Assembly: GCA_946965045.2 (NCBI GenBank)
Contig: OX337242.1
Span: 620,001-684,000, forward strand
Reading direction: 5' to 3'
DNA: 64,000 nt
DNA from: Epithemia pelagica
Taxonomy: Eukaryota; Protista; Bacillariophyta
Shown: piece after piece, positions 1-10,702 of the stretch
Layout: every line of letters begins with the position of its first letter
Numbering within the stretch: position 1 is the first letter of the stretch
Translations under genes and position numbers: made by a program
The notes under the pieces: model-generated
Told to the model about the DNA's origin: nothing
The model's input: only the letters and a program-made list of their open reading frames with translations
Database searches by the model: none

Positions 1-142
1 CTTGACCACATCGGAACAACGAATGATGTCCAATACCAATGTGTTTGATTTTGAGCTTGACGCCGATGAAATGGAGGCCATTGATAAGCTGAATACCCCT
101 GAAGGAGGATGGGGACTTCCCAAACCACAAGAAATTGATTAG
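1..142 (+). CDS. Aldo-keto reductase, 3' end (gene begins before the window)
   Basis: Frame 2 reads TSEQRMMSNTNVFDFELDADEMEAIDKLN...EID*, which resembles the AKR C-terminal pattern S..R..EN..VFDFEL..EEM..ID.L. Stop TAG at 140-142. Confidence 0.75.
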   Translation, partial: LTTSEQRMMSNTNVFDFELDADEMEAIDKLNTPEGGWGLPKPQEID

Positions 143-814
143 CAACAATATAGACTTGCTCTTGTTGTTACAGCAAAATTGACCACGAATGAAGGTCATG
201 AAAACCACCATGGTCATTGTGTACTAGGAGTAATCCTAGAGTAGGATACCGTCTTCTTTGCATAGCTACCTGCTGTTGAAAAACAAAAGAGTACAGCCCA
301 CAGGTAGTAGTCATTCCAATTTCTGGGGGTAGGCGGTCATTCTCGTCATTTCTCTGGGGGAGGAGACGCACAAAAAATCGCTCTCGAACAGATCCAACAT
401 CCAACACACAACAAAAACAAACTGGAGATTGATGGTGTGATTGTGTGAGAGACAGGGATAGAAAAGATTTATTGGACATCCTGTGATCTTTCTGCGTGAT
501 CGAGATTATCAGTGTTTGGTGTTGTGATAGCGGAGCTGAGACTGAGAGAGAGAGAGAGAGAGAACAGAAAGGAGTGTGTGACAACGCCTCCCCCAAATTC
601 ATCACATTGATCGAATACAACATTTTGGTATCCCGTCCCTGTCGATCCAGCAACTTTGGATCTTGGCTTGTTCCACGTAGACAACGAATTGTCGCGCAAC
701 GAGAGGCGCAAGCTGCTGTTTCTGCATCAACACGAAAGATTGTCGAAACAACGACGACTGTCTACGGTACAGCCAAACACGCGTGACGCAAATTGATATT
801 ATAACACAGAAAGC

Positions 815-1192
815 ATGATTATCGATGCATCCACAATTGTGTTGACGCTATTAATGGTCTCTGTGGGCCTGTATGGTGGGTTGCAATTGATTCGTAAATT
901 TGCTTTGGAAATTGCGCAAGAAAATCATGATGCCATGGCTATTTTGGATCAACGAGCCGAAGAAGAACGAGTTCGAAAAGAACGGGCGGCAGATGCCGCA
1001 GCCAGTTCAGCCTTTGCCAAGGTACAACCCATTGTCACCCAACTGGCACAAAAACAACCACAACATCAACAACAACAACAGCATGTGTCAAAGGCCAAAC
1101 TGGGGGAATTGAGGACACCGGGACAAGCGCCAAGCGCTTCACCACCCTCCACGGCATCGGCATCTCTTCAAGATATGGTGGACAGCGTCTAA
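815..1192 (+). CDS. Small hypothetical protein with an N-terminal TM/signal anchor and a coiled coil
   Basis: 125-aa ATG ORF. Hydrophobic IVLTLLMVSVGLYGGLQLI is followed by the charged helix RAEEERVRKERAADAAA. No family recognised. Confidence 0.55.
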   Translation: MIIDASTIVLTLLMVSVGLYGGLQLIRKFALEIAQENHDAMAILDQRAEEERVRKERAADAAASSAFAKVQPIVTQLAQKQPQHQQQQQHVSKAKLGELRTPGQAPSASPPSTASASLQDMVDSV

Positions 1193-1596
1193 CCAACTAC
1201 ATCCTGCTCTGACATTGTAGCGAATGGAGACAACCGTATGGATGAAACAGCAAAACTTTCTTCTTCCTAGAGCAGAGACGGGCAATTTTGTGTAACATTA
1301 TATACACTAGCGAAACATATTTAACAGAAACTCACCTCTCCTTTTTCCTCTGGACAAAGGAATTCCTTGTTCGAGAAGACTTCTGTTCATTTCAATGCAC
1401 GGATCCAATGAATCTAACCACCATTTCGGGGTTCTCGCCAACAAAGGCGTTCGACATGGATTCGAGGGAGAATCAAACCAACAATGGGTGTTGAATGATA
1501 TTCTCATTCAGCAACCCAAAACCGTCCTTGATTCGAATGACGTCCTTTTGGAGACTGTCCTCCGTATTCTGTTTCTGCCTCTAGTTCGGGCCGTCG

Positions 1597-3366
1597 TTAC
1601 ACGGGTGGTAATTGGGTTCGACAGGTGGGACACTTCAGTTTGATTTCCATCCATTGCAAAAGACAGGTTTTGTGAAAGACGTGATTGCACGGTGCCAACA
1701 TGTACGTGGTCGGACGCGTTGTTGCGTCCACAATGGGTTCCAAACAGATGCTACATTCCAATTCACAGCATGTGGTACTTTTTGTAATCGAAGATGACAT
1801 CCAGGAGGTGAAAGACGACCTGGAAACAGAACCGACATTTGTTGGTGTCTTTGACGTGGATGAATGTTCATTGGATACCGCGTTGGACTTGTCTCGTTTT
1901 CGTCGCAAGCGCTGGCGGAGAGATGGGTGAGATGCGGACCAAACGGATGAAGACGACGGAGGAGAGGCAGTATACGAGCACACAGTTGCTCTATCGAATG
2001 TCGCTGGTTCCAAGTCTGAGGCATTTTCATTAGTTGTGACTTGTCCTTGGTCATGTGTTTGTTGTTGCTGATTTTCCCATACAGACGGTGGAATGGGTCG
2101 ATGATAATTGTATTTGGGTGGTAAAAAGACAGAGGGTATGCCATAGCGTGCTCCCTGACGACTGCCTTGTCCGAGAACGATGACTGTTTGGACCGTCATC
2201 CAGGCCACGAGCCACAGACATGTCGTTGGATCGTACCACCACAAGGTTGCTGTTTTTGTTCGATAGACGGCATGAAGAAAGTTGGACTGCCATCCAAAGA
2301 CGTAGAGTGGTACCACCAATCGTGTGAGGCTCATGCCGCAAATAAAGTGATAATGCAACGGTGTTTTGGATTGAGTCCAGATATTGCGAACTATTTGGGG
2401 AACCCAAAACGAATACAAGGCCAAAAGGTAGATTCGTCGTTCGAAACGGTGAGAATTCTCGAAGGAATACCATGCAGTTGAGTCGTCTTGTTGTTGATGA
2501 TGCGTAGTGTTGTGGTTTAGCACCGAGCCGGTGTTGGATGCGTGTTGAAACAAGAGGGCAAACAAGACAACCAAAACGATATAAAAGCGTACCAAGAAAA
2601 GCCCCACTTGTTTTAGGGCATCCGTGGCATGTCCACCTTGGGCAGCATTGCGTGCTTGTAAAATGAGACTGACATATTTCATTTCAATCACACAACACAT
2701 TAAGAATTTGGAAAAGGCCACACTGGCAAAGGCGGTAAAAAAGAGAGGAGGCAATGCCATGCAGAAATAAAAGTGTCCCAAACACAAGAGAGCATCCAAA
2801 ATCGCTTGCCAGGCAATACAAACAATCGACACTTGCTGTTGCTGCTGCTGGGATGACAGAGGACGGTGTTGTTGCCAATGACGTAGTAATTGTTGTAGCA
2901 ACAAGAGAATTTGCATCAAACAAACGAGCATCATGACAATACTGAAATGAATGGCCTTGGTGTGACTGGTGGTGTTGATAGTATAGGCAAAACTGTCCTG
3001 CTCATGGCTGGAATGGTCGCCTTTGTTCTTGAGGAGGGTGGTTGCTATGGGCGGTGCCACTTCAGGTGTCATCCACCAGTCAAAGGAGGAGAACACCAGA
3101 TTCATAGCCGTCTCCAAAGCCGAAAGGGATGGTGACGACGAGAGCGATGACATGATGAATTGTGCGGCTGTAGTGGCACAAGAAGGAGAGTATGTCACAA
3201 AGTGCCAATCGACAGTGCGATGTACTTCGTTGTCAACACGAAGACTCTCCAATTGGTGAGATCTATACTGCTTGTTGGTGAGCTCCCTTTCTATACTGCT
3301 TGTTGGTTTTGTAGAGAATGTCAGAAAGGAAGTATCTTGAGTCTTGAGTGGACCACGCAATTCCAA
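1597..3366 (-). CDS. Multi-pass transmembrane RING-H2 E3 ubiquitin ligase (TUL1/FLY-like)
   Basis: TM block with SFWVPQIVRN...SLTRLVVPLY and PPKYNYHRP, typical of TUL1/FLY. C-terminal RING-H2 CSIC...PCNHVFHKTC...W....CPTCR. The true 5' end is uncertain. Confidence 0.85.
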   Translation of the reverse strand: MELRGPLKTQDTSFLTFSTKPTSSIERELTNKQYRSHQLESLRVDNEVHRTVDWHFVTYSPSCATTAAQFIMSSLSSSPSLSALETAMNLVFSSFDWWMTPEVAPPIATTLLKNKGDHSSHEQDSFAYTINTTSHTKAIHFSIVMMLVCLMQILLLLQQLLRHWQQHRPLSSQQQQQQVSIVCIAWQAILDALLCLGHFYFCMALPPLFFTAFASVAFSKFLMCCVIEMKYVSLILQARNAAQGGHATDALKQVGLFLVRFYIVLVVLFALLFQHASNTGSVLNHNTTHHQQQDDSTAWYSFENSHRFERRIYLLALYSFWVPQIVRNIWTQSKTPLHYHFICGMSLTRLVVPLYVFGWQSNFLHAVYRTKTATLWWYDPTTCLWLVAWMTVQTVIVLGQGSRQGARYGIPSVFLPPKYNYHRPIPPSVWENQQQQTHDQGQVTTNENASDLEPATFDRATVCSYTASPPSSSSVWSASHPSLRQRLRRKRDKSNAVSNEHSSTSKTPTNVGSVSRSSFTSWMSSSITKSTTCCELECSICLEPIVDATTRPTTYMLAPCNHVFHKTCLLQWMEIKLKCPTCRTQLPPV

Positions 3367-3669
3367 TTCTAAGACGGAACGTTGCGATAAGTTCTCTATT
3401 GATTACAATATCAGCAAGTGACAAGTGACAAAGAGGTTTCTTTTTCTCGCTCGTCATTTTGTGTCGGGTGACGATTGGTTGCAGAATTTTTAATAGCGAC
3501 CAATCCGCGATATATTTCCACCGCAAATCTATGTCGACGAGTAGCTAAGGCATCCGTTTGTTCAAGAGGAACAAGCAAAGAAAGAGCAGGAGCATCACAA
3601 AGATGACCTGTCATGCTTCTCTAGAATTGTACAGACATTGAATCGGACTGGTTTTAGAGTTATGAAGCG

Positions 3670-4833
3670 CTATGACAGTCTTGACGAATAGTGCCCTTGT
3701 CGTTGTAAGGTCGGCATGGGCAAACACATGTTGGAATTGTCAATGCTCTCGAGACTGACCAAGGGTGGAACCAATAACGGTATTGGGTCCGTTTGTTCGT
3801 CTTCTTCTTCTATCAACAATGGTTGAGGATTGTGTGCTGCATGACTCGGTAAAGCATTTTTGTCTTCCAGCAATGGCTGGAAAGCCTGGTTGTGGCTCAG
3901 AAATTTCATTTGTTGCGCCACCTCATGGGCCATGCCATTTTGGGAGTCGTTCTGGTGGTGTTGAGGAAACAAGTTGAGACTGACTTGCCCGTTTGTGGAT
4001 CTGTTCAAGACAGTAGGAACTCTTGTTGATCCTCGGATGAGTCCACCTTGTTTTCGCAAGCTGGTTCTTCGCAGAGTCTGATTGATTTTGAGCAAGGCCT
4101 TGGCCCGTGAAACGGGTTGCCACTCTGTTGTGGTTGCTGAAGGCCGTGCATGATCGACAAATTGGCCTCCATCGGATTGGATCCGATTGTAAATGGTTAT
4201 GCAGAGGACCGTCTTTTCCGATTGTGTGGTGGCCAAGTGGTAGGCCTCCTTGTATTCGTCCACAAGTTGCCGATACCGAACCGTTCCAGGAGCTTCCCCA
4301 ACAGAAACAGGTAAGGTTCGGCTCACTGGAACATCCCATTCACCCAACGATGTAGTAGGGCTATTTGGCTTGACGACGGCGGTAGGAGTTCTGAGGAAGC
4401 TAATGTGTTTCAAGGTTGGCAAAGTTTCCTGCAAAATATTGTGTTCACAGTGATGTTGCGGAGTAAGGCTGCAGTGGCTGGACATGCTGCTACTTGAGCT
4501 GAATTGGCTGGAGGCATCCGTTTGTTCCAAGAGCACTTCATCCTGCGGTTGAGGATGTCTCATTGTCTTGGATGACGACAAATGCTGTTGAGCCGCATGC
4601 TCTGTCACTACAAGGTTATCACGGGAAGTATCGTGGAACATCATGTTATTGTTGTTGTTTGTTCCGGGTGTTTCTTGATGTTCCTGAAAGGTTGTGTGCA
4701 GCCAACTGCTGTCGTTGGTTCTTGTCTGTTTTTTATGGCGATGCATTTTTTGTTCGGATTCTGTTCCGTGCCAATTGATTCTGTGACTCGAACGGACCGG
4801 CCAGCAGGCGATTTTCGGTTGGGAGTGTGTCAA
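3670..4833 (-). CDS. DUF6824-domain protein (family expanded in diatoms)
   Basis: PGTVRYRQLVDEYKEAY...EK...I..RIQSDGGQFV...WQPVSRAKALLKINQTLR fits the DUF6824 pattern. Start codon uncertain. Confidence 0.7.
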   Translation of the reverse strand: MTHSQPKIACWPVRSSHRINWHGTESEQKMHRHKKQTRTNDSSWLHTTFQEHQETPGTNNNNNMMFHDTSRDNLVVTEHAAQQHLSSSKTMRHPQPQDEVLLEQTDASSQFSSSSSMSSHCSLTPQHHCEHNILQETLPTLKHISFLRTPTAVVKPNSPTTSLGEWDVPVSRTLPVSVGEAPGTVRYRQLVDEYKEAYHLATTQSEKTVLCITIYNRIQSDGGQFVDHARPSATTTEWQPVSRAKALLKINQTLRRTSLRKQGGLIRGSTRVPTVLNRSTNGQVSLNLFPQHHQNDSQNGMAHEVAQQMKFLSHNQAFQPLLEDKNALPSHAAHNPQPLLIEEEDEQTDPIPLLVPPLVSLESIDNSNMCLPMPTLQRQGHYSSRLS

Positions 4834-5639
4834 CTTGCTGTAGATCTTCCTTTGTAGAGTAGAGAAATGGCCTCCACGGCGTGTGTGTCTGAAATGCTAT
4901 GTGTGAATGAACAGAATTCATCCACGACAGAGCGCGATCCGTCGAAAAAAGTATAAGTTTGTATCGTTTCCTATCGGAGAGATGGGTTGTTGTAACTGTC
5001 ATTAGTCATTACGAGCTCCATCAATCGATATGGGTAACCGTAGTGGCCCGTGCTTTTCATACCCCCACTGTTTTTTCTACAGTGATTCTAACTTCGTAGG
5101 GACACCACTACGGTCATTTTGCACTGCGTAACACCACCATGACACACTCAAGCCGGTGTGCACCTCCAACGAAAGGTGCCAGCTCTCTTGCGACCATCAA
5201 GGATGCCTAAGAATCAAGTGTACCGTGAGGGAATGGGCGGGCAGGGATGAGTTGGCTTTTTTTATGGACCGACGGCAAGGTTTTGAAGTCTTCCTTATTT
5301 GGCATCCGAAACAGAGGAAGTGACCTTGAGAAGAAGACGACGACAACCGATAGAATGCATCCAGCAAGTCACCGATCATACGTCCGCATGCAGCAATCAA
5401 CTCCTCGTCACTTAATAGACCGAGCACAACATTGGAAAGCCTCGACCGTTGGTGGCTCAAACGCAACAAAAGCTGATTTGTTCAGACAAAACAAACGTGA
5501 ACCGTGGGTGGAAGGACTGCTTCTACTGCGACAGACGATGGTGGTGCCGGTGGTGCGGCTGATTCCCACAGCACAATTTGAGTGGAAGAAGGAGGGGATG
5601 CCGTGAAGCTGATGGGCGGTGGTCGAAGAGCCTTGCGAG

Positions 5640-6370
5640 TCGACAACACTCGGCAACAACAACAACAACCCAAAACCCAAACACAACAATCAACTACTCA
5701 CTCCTCGCTGCCACCGAACGAACAACAACAACTCTCGGCAACAACACTCGACAACGACACTCGGCGGCAAGACTCGGCGACAAGATGGTGTGGTCGTCCT
5801 CCTTCTTCTACCTTGCGACGAAACAATCAACTCCTCGTCTTTTCGTTGCCCTCACCCAACAAATCGAAGCCTCGTCCACTGGTGGTAACAAGCGACGACA
5901 ACGACAACCACAAGCGGCTCAACTACAAATGGCGAAACAATCGGCGACGATGTCACAGCTGATCGATCGAATGAACGAAAGAACGAATGAACGACAACAA
6001 CAACACTCGGCGACAACAAAAATCCAAACACAACAATCAACTACTCACCGCCACTGATCGAACGAACGAACGAATGAACAAACAACAACAAAAACAACAC
6101 TCGGCAACAACAACAACCCCCACGCAACAATCAACTTTTCGCTGTCACCGAACCCTCTGCCCGAGACTGTGCCCTTCAACAACAGCAAGCGGTGACAACG
6201 ACAAGCGACGACAACGGCATGCGACAAGACAGCAAGCGGCAACAACGACATGCGACGACAGCGACATCCGACGACAATGACATACTCAACAATCAACTGC
6301 TCGTTTCGGCCAAACGGCAAAACATTCGGCGACCACGGCACGGCAACAGCACCATACTCAACACCGAAAC
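5640..6370. repeat. Degenerate CAA/CGA-rich repeat array
   Basis: Recurrent CACTCGGC-like and ACAATCAACT motifs. A block of about 100 bp at ~5640-5740 recurs degenerately at ~5990-6110. The ORFs here are low-complexity only. Confidence 0.6.
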
Positions 6371-7076
6371 GATTGCCTATTGTACGACCTACGACACAGA
6401 GAAGCATGTACTAAGCTAGATAGATGTTCTGTACTAGTAGCTGTTTATATGCATACTCGTAGAGGAGGCGGGTTGATTATTGTGCTAGCGCCGCCTCACC
6501 ATGGTGATGGTGTGGGTGCAGTTGGTGAGAAGAATCTCGCAACAAAATGTGCAAGAGCATGAGGGCAATTCATTTTACTTTAGGAAAATGTATGGTGTAG
6601 TGAATCTCGTAGGGCCGGAAGTTCAACCGAGTATCGGAAACGTGAAGCACGGGCCACTACGGTTACCCATATCGATTGATGGAGCTCGTAGGCTATTGTT
6701 ATCGTAGTCTGCGTAGAAGATTAGATGGGGGCTTAGTTACTCGTCTCTCAGATACCGGAGATGAAGTTTGGGGTGACCGGTGACCTTTTTTTTCAGTGTT
6801 CAGAATTCGAACAACGTCGAGTGTCCAATTGGTGTGTGTGCAGCGTGCAGTCGAGAAGAAAGAACCGAGCTCACAAAATCATTTGTTCGGACGTCTATCG
6901 GTGGAATTGTGTTACGCAGAGATTGATAGGGTTGTGGGTTGTCTCGGGTTAGGACGAATCTGAAGATGGAAGATGGCATCACGAAATTCTCGTTCACTGG
7001 GCAACATTGTAACCAAAGACCAAGACGATAACATTTCACAACTGGAACGAAACTGCTGAAACACAACGCGTGCGCG

Positions 7077-7310
7077 ATGATGATGATGATATCACCTTCT
7101 TCTTCTTCTTCTAGTCCACTACACCGACGACGACAGGGTTCCCTTCCAATTCGCCTTGGACCATTGATTAGCTCGTTTCCACTCAGCATGATATGGCTGG
7201 CTCTATTGGTCGCAAGTGTCTTCGTGTGGAGTGGCAATGACAAGTTGTTTCCAAGTGTCGAGGCCAAGGAGATTGAGACCACGCACGACTGGCAATTGGT
7301 ACCTTTCTAG
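7077..7310 (+). pseudogene. Possible orphan 5' fragment of a SIL1-like ER protein gene
   Basis: Signal-like MIWLALLVASVFVWSG is followed by KEIETTHDWQLV, resembling the SIL1 N-terminal T.EWQ motif, then an immediate stop. No continuation found. Confidence 0.3.
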
Positions 7311-7972
7311 GTAGTTCGTAGTGTTCTGCAGAGAATATACGAGTACATGATTCCCAGCTGAAAAGCAATCCAAGAAATCGGTGCGAATTGCGAATGAAAG
7401 ATACCTCAGATCATGCACAGTTAGTTCTCCGACCTCTGACCGAGATGTACTTTCAACCAGTAACTTGAGAACCTCCTGTTAGGGTCGACAAGGGCAGCTA
7501 ACACAATATTTTTGTCGACCATCTTTGATTTGTGTGATCAGGGTAGCATAATGGCGAGACCTGGATTGACGGAGAGACAGGGAAAAAGGGGGACGGCGAT
7601 AAGGCAGTTGTCACGAATCCATGGCCAGCTCTTTATCAATAAGGTTATCAGCCGTGGCCAATCACCACAGGTAGAATAGATATACGAGCTAACCCTCTTG
7701 GTAAACCAGCACAGACCATGGCGTCTACTAACACAGTTCTATGGTAAATACATTAAAATCAAGATTGAGCTCCGAGTAGGCAGAGCCTTTCGCTGCTTTT
7801 TTATGATCCTGATTGAAAGCCACGGCCTCGAATCCTCACCTTTTCACAACAAACGCGTGCCCAACCTCCTTTCTCTTGCTGGTGAAGAACCCATGGAAGC
7901 GGGCACAGCTTGTCCTCGATGTCGAATGAGGGCTCTGTGCATGTGCCCCATGTATACGCGACACTGTGCTTC

Positions 7973-9030
7973 TCAGTCGTACATCCAAAGGGATTCCAAT
8001 CCGAGGTAAAAGTCAAATTTTTGGGCCTTGGTCAAGGCCCGCGCTGAAATTCCCTTGACTGTTTGGTCGTCGGGGTTTTGATACTTGGAGGTCAAGTTTT
8101 GATTCTGTTCCAGTAACCATGCTACTAGCTTTTTGCTCGTGGACAAGTCATGTCGTTTCAAAATGTTAGCCTTGAACAAGGCATCTCGTAGATTGTCCAC
8201 ATTCAAATGTGGCTTGAGACAATTTTGACTGGCCGAAAACATTTCCGGATAGATGGATTTTAGGTGTTCGGCCGCTTCGGTAACGATACGTCGCTCCGAT
8301 TCCTTGGCCACGCCTGGCATATCCACCAATTTCAAGGGTTCTGCCTTGTTGATTTCCACAAACAAATCACTGGCGAATTGGTCGGAGGTACTATTCGTAT
8401 TTGTCGAAGATGCCAAAGAAAAGACTTCGACCAAAATCTTGTCCCAATCAATCGAGTCTTGGTCATTCTTTTCGGCTAGCAACTTGATCATTCCCACACG
8501 ATGCTGTCCATCCAAAATAGATAGAGCACCATCCTCATCCTTATGCCAACAAGTAATGAAAGACGTAAAAAGTTTGTATAGCAACATGAGAAGGTCATTC
8601 CCCATCAATTCTTTGGAATCATCACACAAGAAGAGTTACAAGCTCGACCCCATGCTGATCGAGCCACACACACACATGGAACCAGTACACTTACCTCAAA
8701 GAGACAAATGGCACCCGGCAGACCTAGATGCAAGGATTTGGTCTTGTCCTTGGCCATGAGTTTGACTCGATCGTGTCGGTACGTTCGTTGTTTTTTCCAG
8801 ACTGGTAAATTGGCCAAGACATGGACCGAGACCAAATGCAAACGTTTCGGTCCCAGCACGGCCAAGACGGGTCCCAACAAGGGATCTGTCGGTGCTGCAG
8901 TTGCTGGTTCATTGGTTTGTGGAACCGCATCCACCACGACGGACGGCGTCAAGGACGATGAAGAAGATGTCTCAGCCGCATCCTTGGTTTCCTCGGACGC
9001 AGCCGTCCTTGTATCCTCCGAGGCGACAGT

Positions 9031-9065
<35 letters not shown>

Positions 9066-9711
9066 GCTGTTGCTGTTGTTGTTGTTTGGCCTGTTCCAAA
9101 TCCAATTTCCATTGTTCAAATTGCAATTTTCGTCGTTCCATTTCAATTCGATCTTCGGCTGCCTGTTGCATTTGTCGTTCATGATCCTTGAGTTTCTTGG
9201 CAAATTCGTTCTGTTGCAATCGCGCTTCCAAGGCCCGTGCTTCGGCCACAGCTTCCGAAATGGTTTTTTGCAATTCCGTGGTTGAGGATTTTTCCTTGTC
9301 GTCGTCGTCGTCTTCTTGCGGACTCTTGGACGATCCCGTGTCTTGGGGTTGCAATTCTGGTTCTGCTTTGGGTGCTGGACTGTATTTGTCCATGAGGACT
9401 TGTCGTTCCTTGTCCGACAGGGAGGAGGTAATGGCCGCCGCAGCCTTTTGACGCAAGTCGGACCAAAAGGACATGGAACCAAACAACGAAGAAGATGATG
9501 ATGATGATGACGAATTATTGTCCAAAGACGACGACGTGCGTGAGGGAGGTGGACTACTGATCTTCCATCGTAGCAACTGGATGCAAGGTGGACCCATGGC
9601 TCCCACAATGGACTTGTTGTTGTGGTAGTAGGAGGAGTTGCTGTGGGTCGACGCAACAACCCTCGAAAGTGAGGTACAGCTCCTTCGACCTGTCGCCACA
9701 ATGCGTCTCAT
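7973..9711 (-). CDS. DGQHR-domain (ParB/Srx-fold, DndB-like) protein with a putative mitochondrial presequence, 2 exons
   Basis: Exons 9711-8695 and 8539-7973, intron 8694-8540 (GTAAGT...AAG, phase 0). Spliced reading: QRTYRHDRV...GLPGAICLFE|DEDGALSILDGQHR...LFVEINKAEP. The N-terminus MRRIVATGRRS... is Arg/Ser-rich with no acidic residues. PolyQ tract in a coiled-coil region. Confidence 0.8.
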
Positions 9712-10010
9712 GATTGCAGCCACTGAAACCAGAAACGAATTCTGCAGTCTCCAAGATTATCAAAAATTCAACTCTCTGTTGTACTAAGAGAGAGTATCTC
9801 GTACAGCCGAAACAGCAGGGAAGGAAAGGCAGACAGGGAGCGTCTTTGAGCTCACAAATACGAGGATTCCCAAACACCAACAGATTCCCAACGTTGTGCC
9901 AAAAGACTCGAATGCCGACAAGAGGAATGAATCAACTCCAGAATAGAGTGTGGTCTTGTTCTGTTGTCGTCGTCGACTCTCGCAAAAGATTTGTGGGCTC
10001 ATCATTTACG

Positions 10011-10091
10011 ACCCCCTAGCGCGGGTGAATAAGAGGGTTTAATTTATTGTAGCCACAAATTAAACCCTCAAAACCACCCCCGCTAGGAGGT
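10011..10091. repeat. 81-bp symmetric palindrome/foldback
   Basis: Arms 10011-10045 and 10057-10091 pair in register at 28 of 35 positions, including a perfect 13-bp GAGGGTTTAATTT/AAATTAAACCCTC. Loop of 11 nt. Confidence 0.85.
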
Positions 10092-10702
10092 GATAATTGG
10101 CGGCTCGTCGCCATGGATCTTTCTTAGCGGTAAGAGCCATACATGGGCATACTTCATATAAAAGAAGACGTCTTTACAACGCTGGGGATCTCGGTGGCAG
10201 TGCTAACACCTTCCAAAAAGATCCATCGAGTAGTAAATTCCTTCTTATCTCTAGTCTCTAGTAGTATGCATATTCCTTTTTTCTTTCAATGCTTCAAGAT
10301 TACTCGCATCACAGGAACATTCCTTGTTCTCCTACGTATTGCGTTGTTGGTTGGCTTGGTTGGTACGTATCTACGGAGCGAATGATTGCATGCGAAACGA
10401 GTGCTTGGCACCTTCCGTCCAATGAATGGCACGTACCTTCTTCCCGTCTACGACACGTCTACGACAAGCATATTATACAAAAAGACCAAACAGAGACGTG
10501 GCCTTCTCGAACTTCCTCTGGTCATTCCTAACACACTTGTCCAAGGAATGACACGAACCTTTTTCTCGTTCTTTCTCAAGAATACCATAGACAAAAGGCC
10601 AATCGAGATGTGGCCTTTTCGCTAGATTTCACAATTTGCTAGCACTATTAATGTATATCGCTGGATTTGAGGAATGGCTTCTGGGACCCCCACTGCTTTA
10701 CT

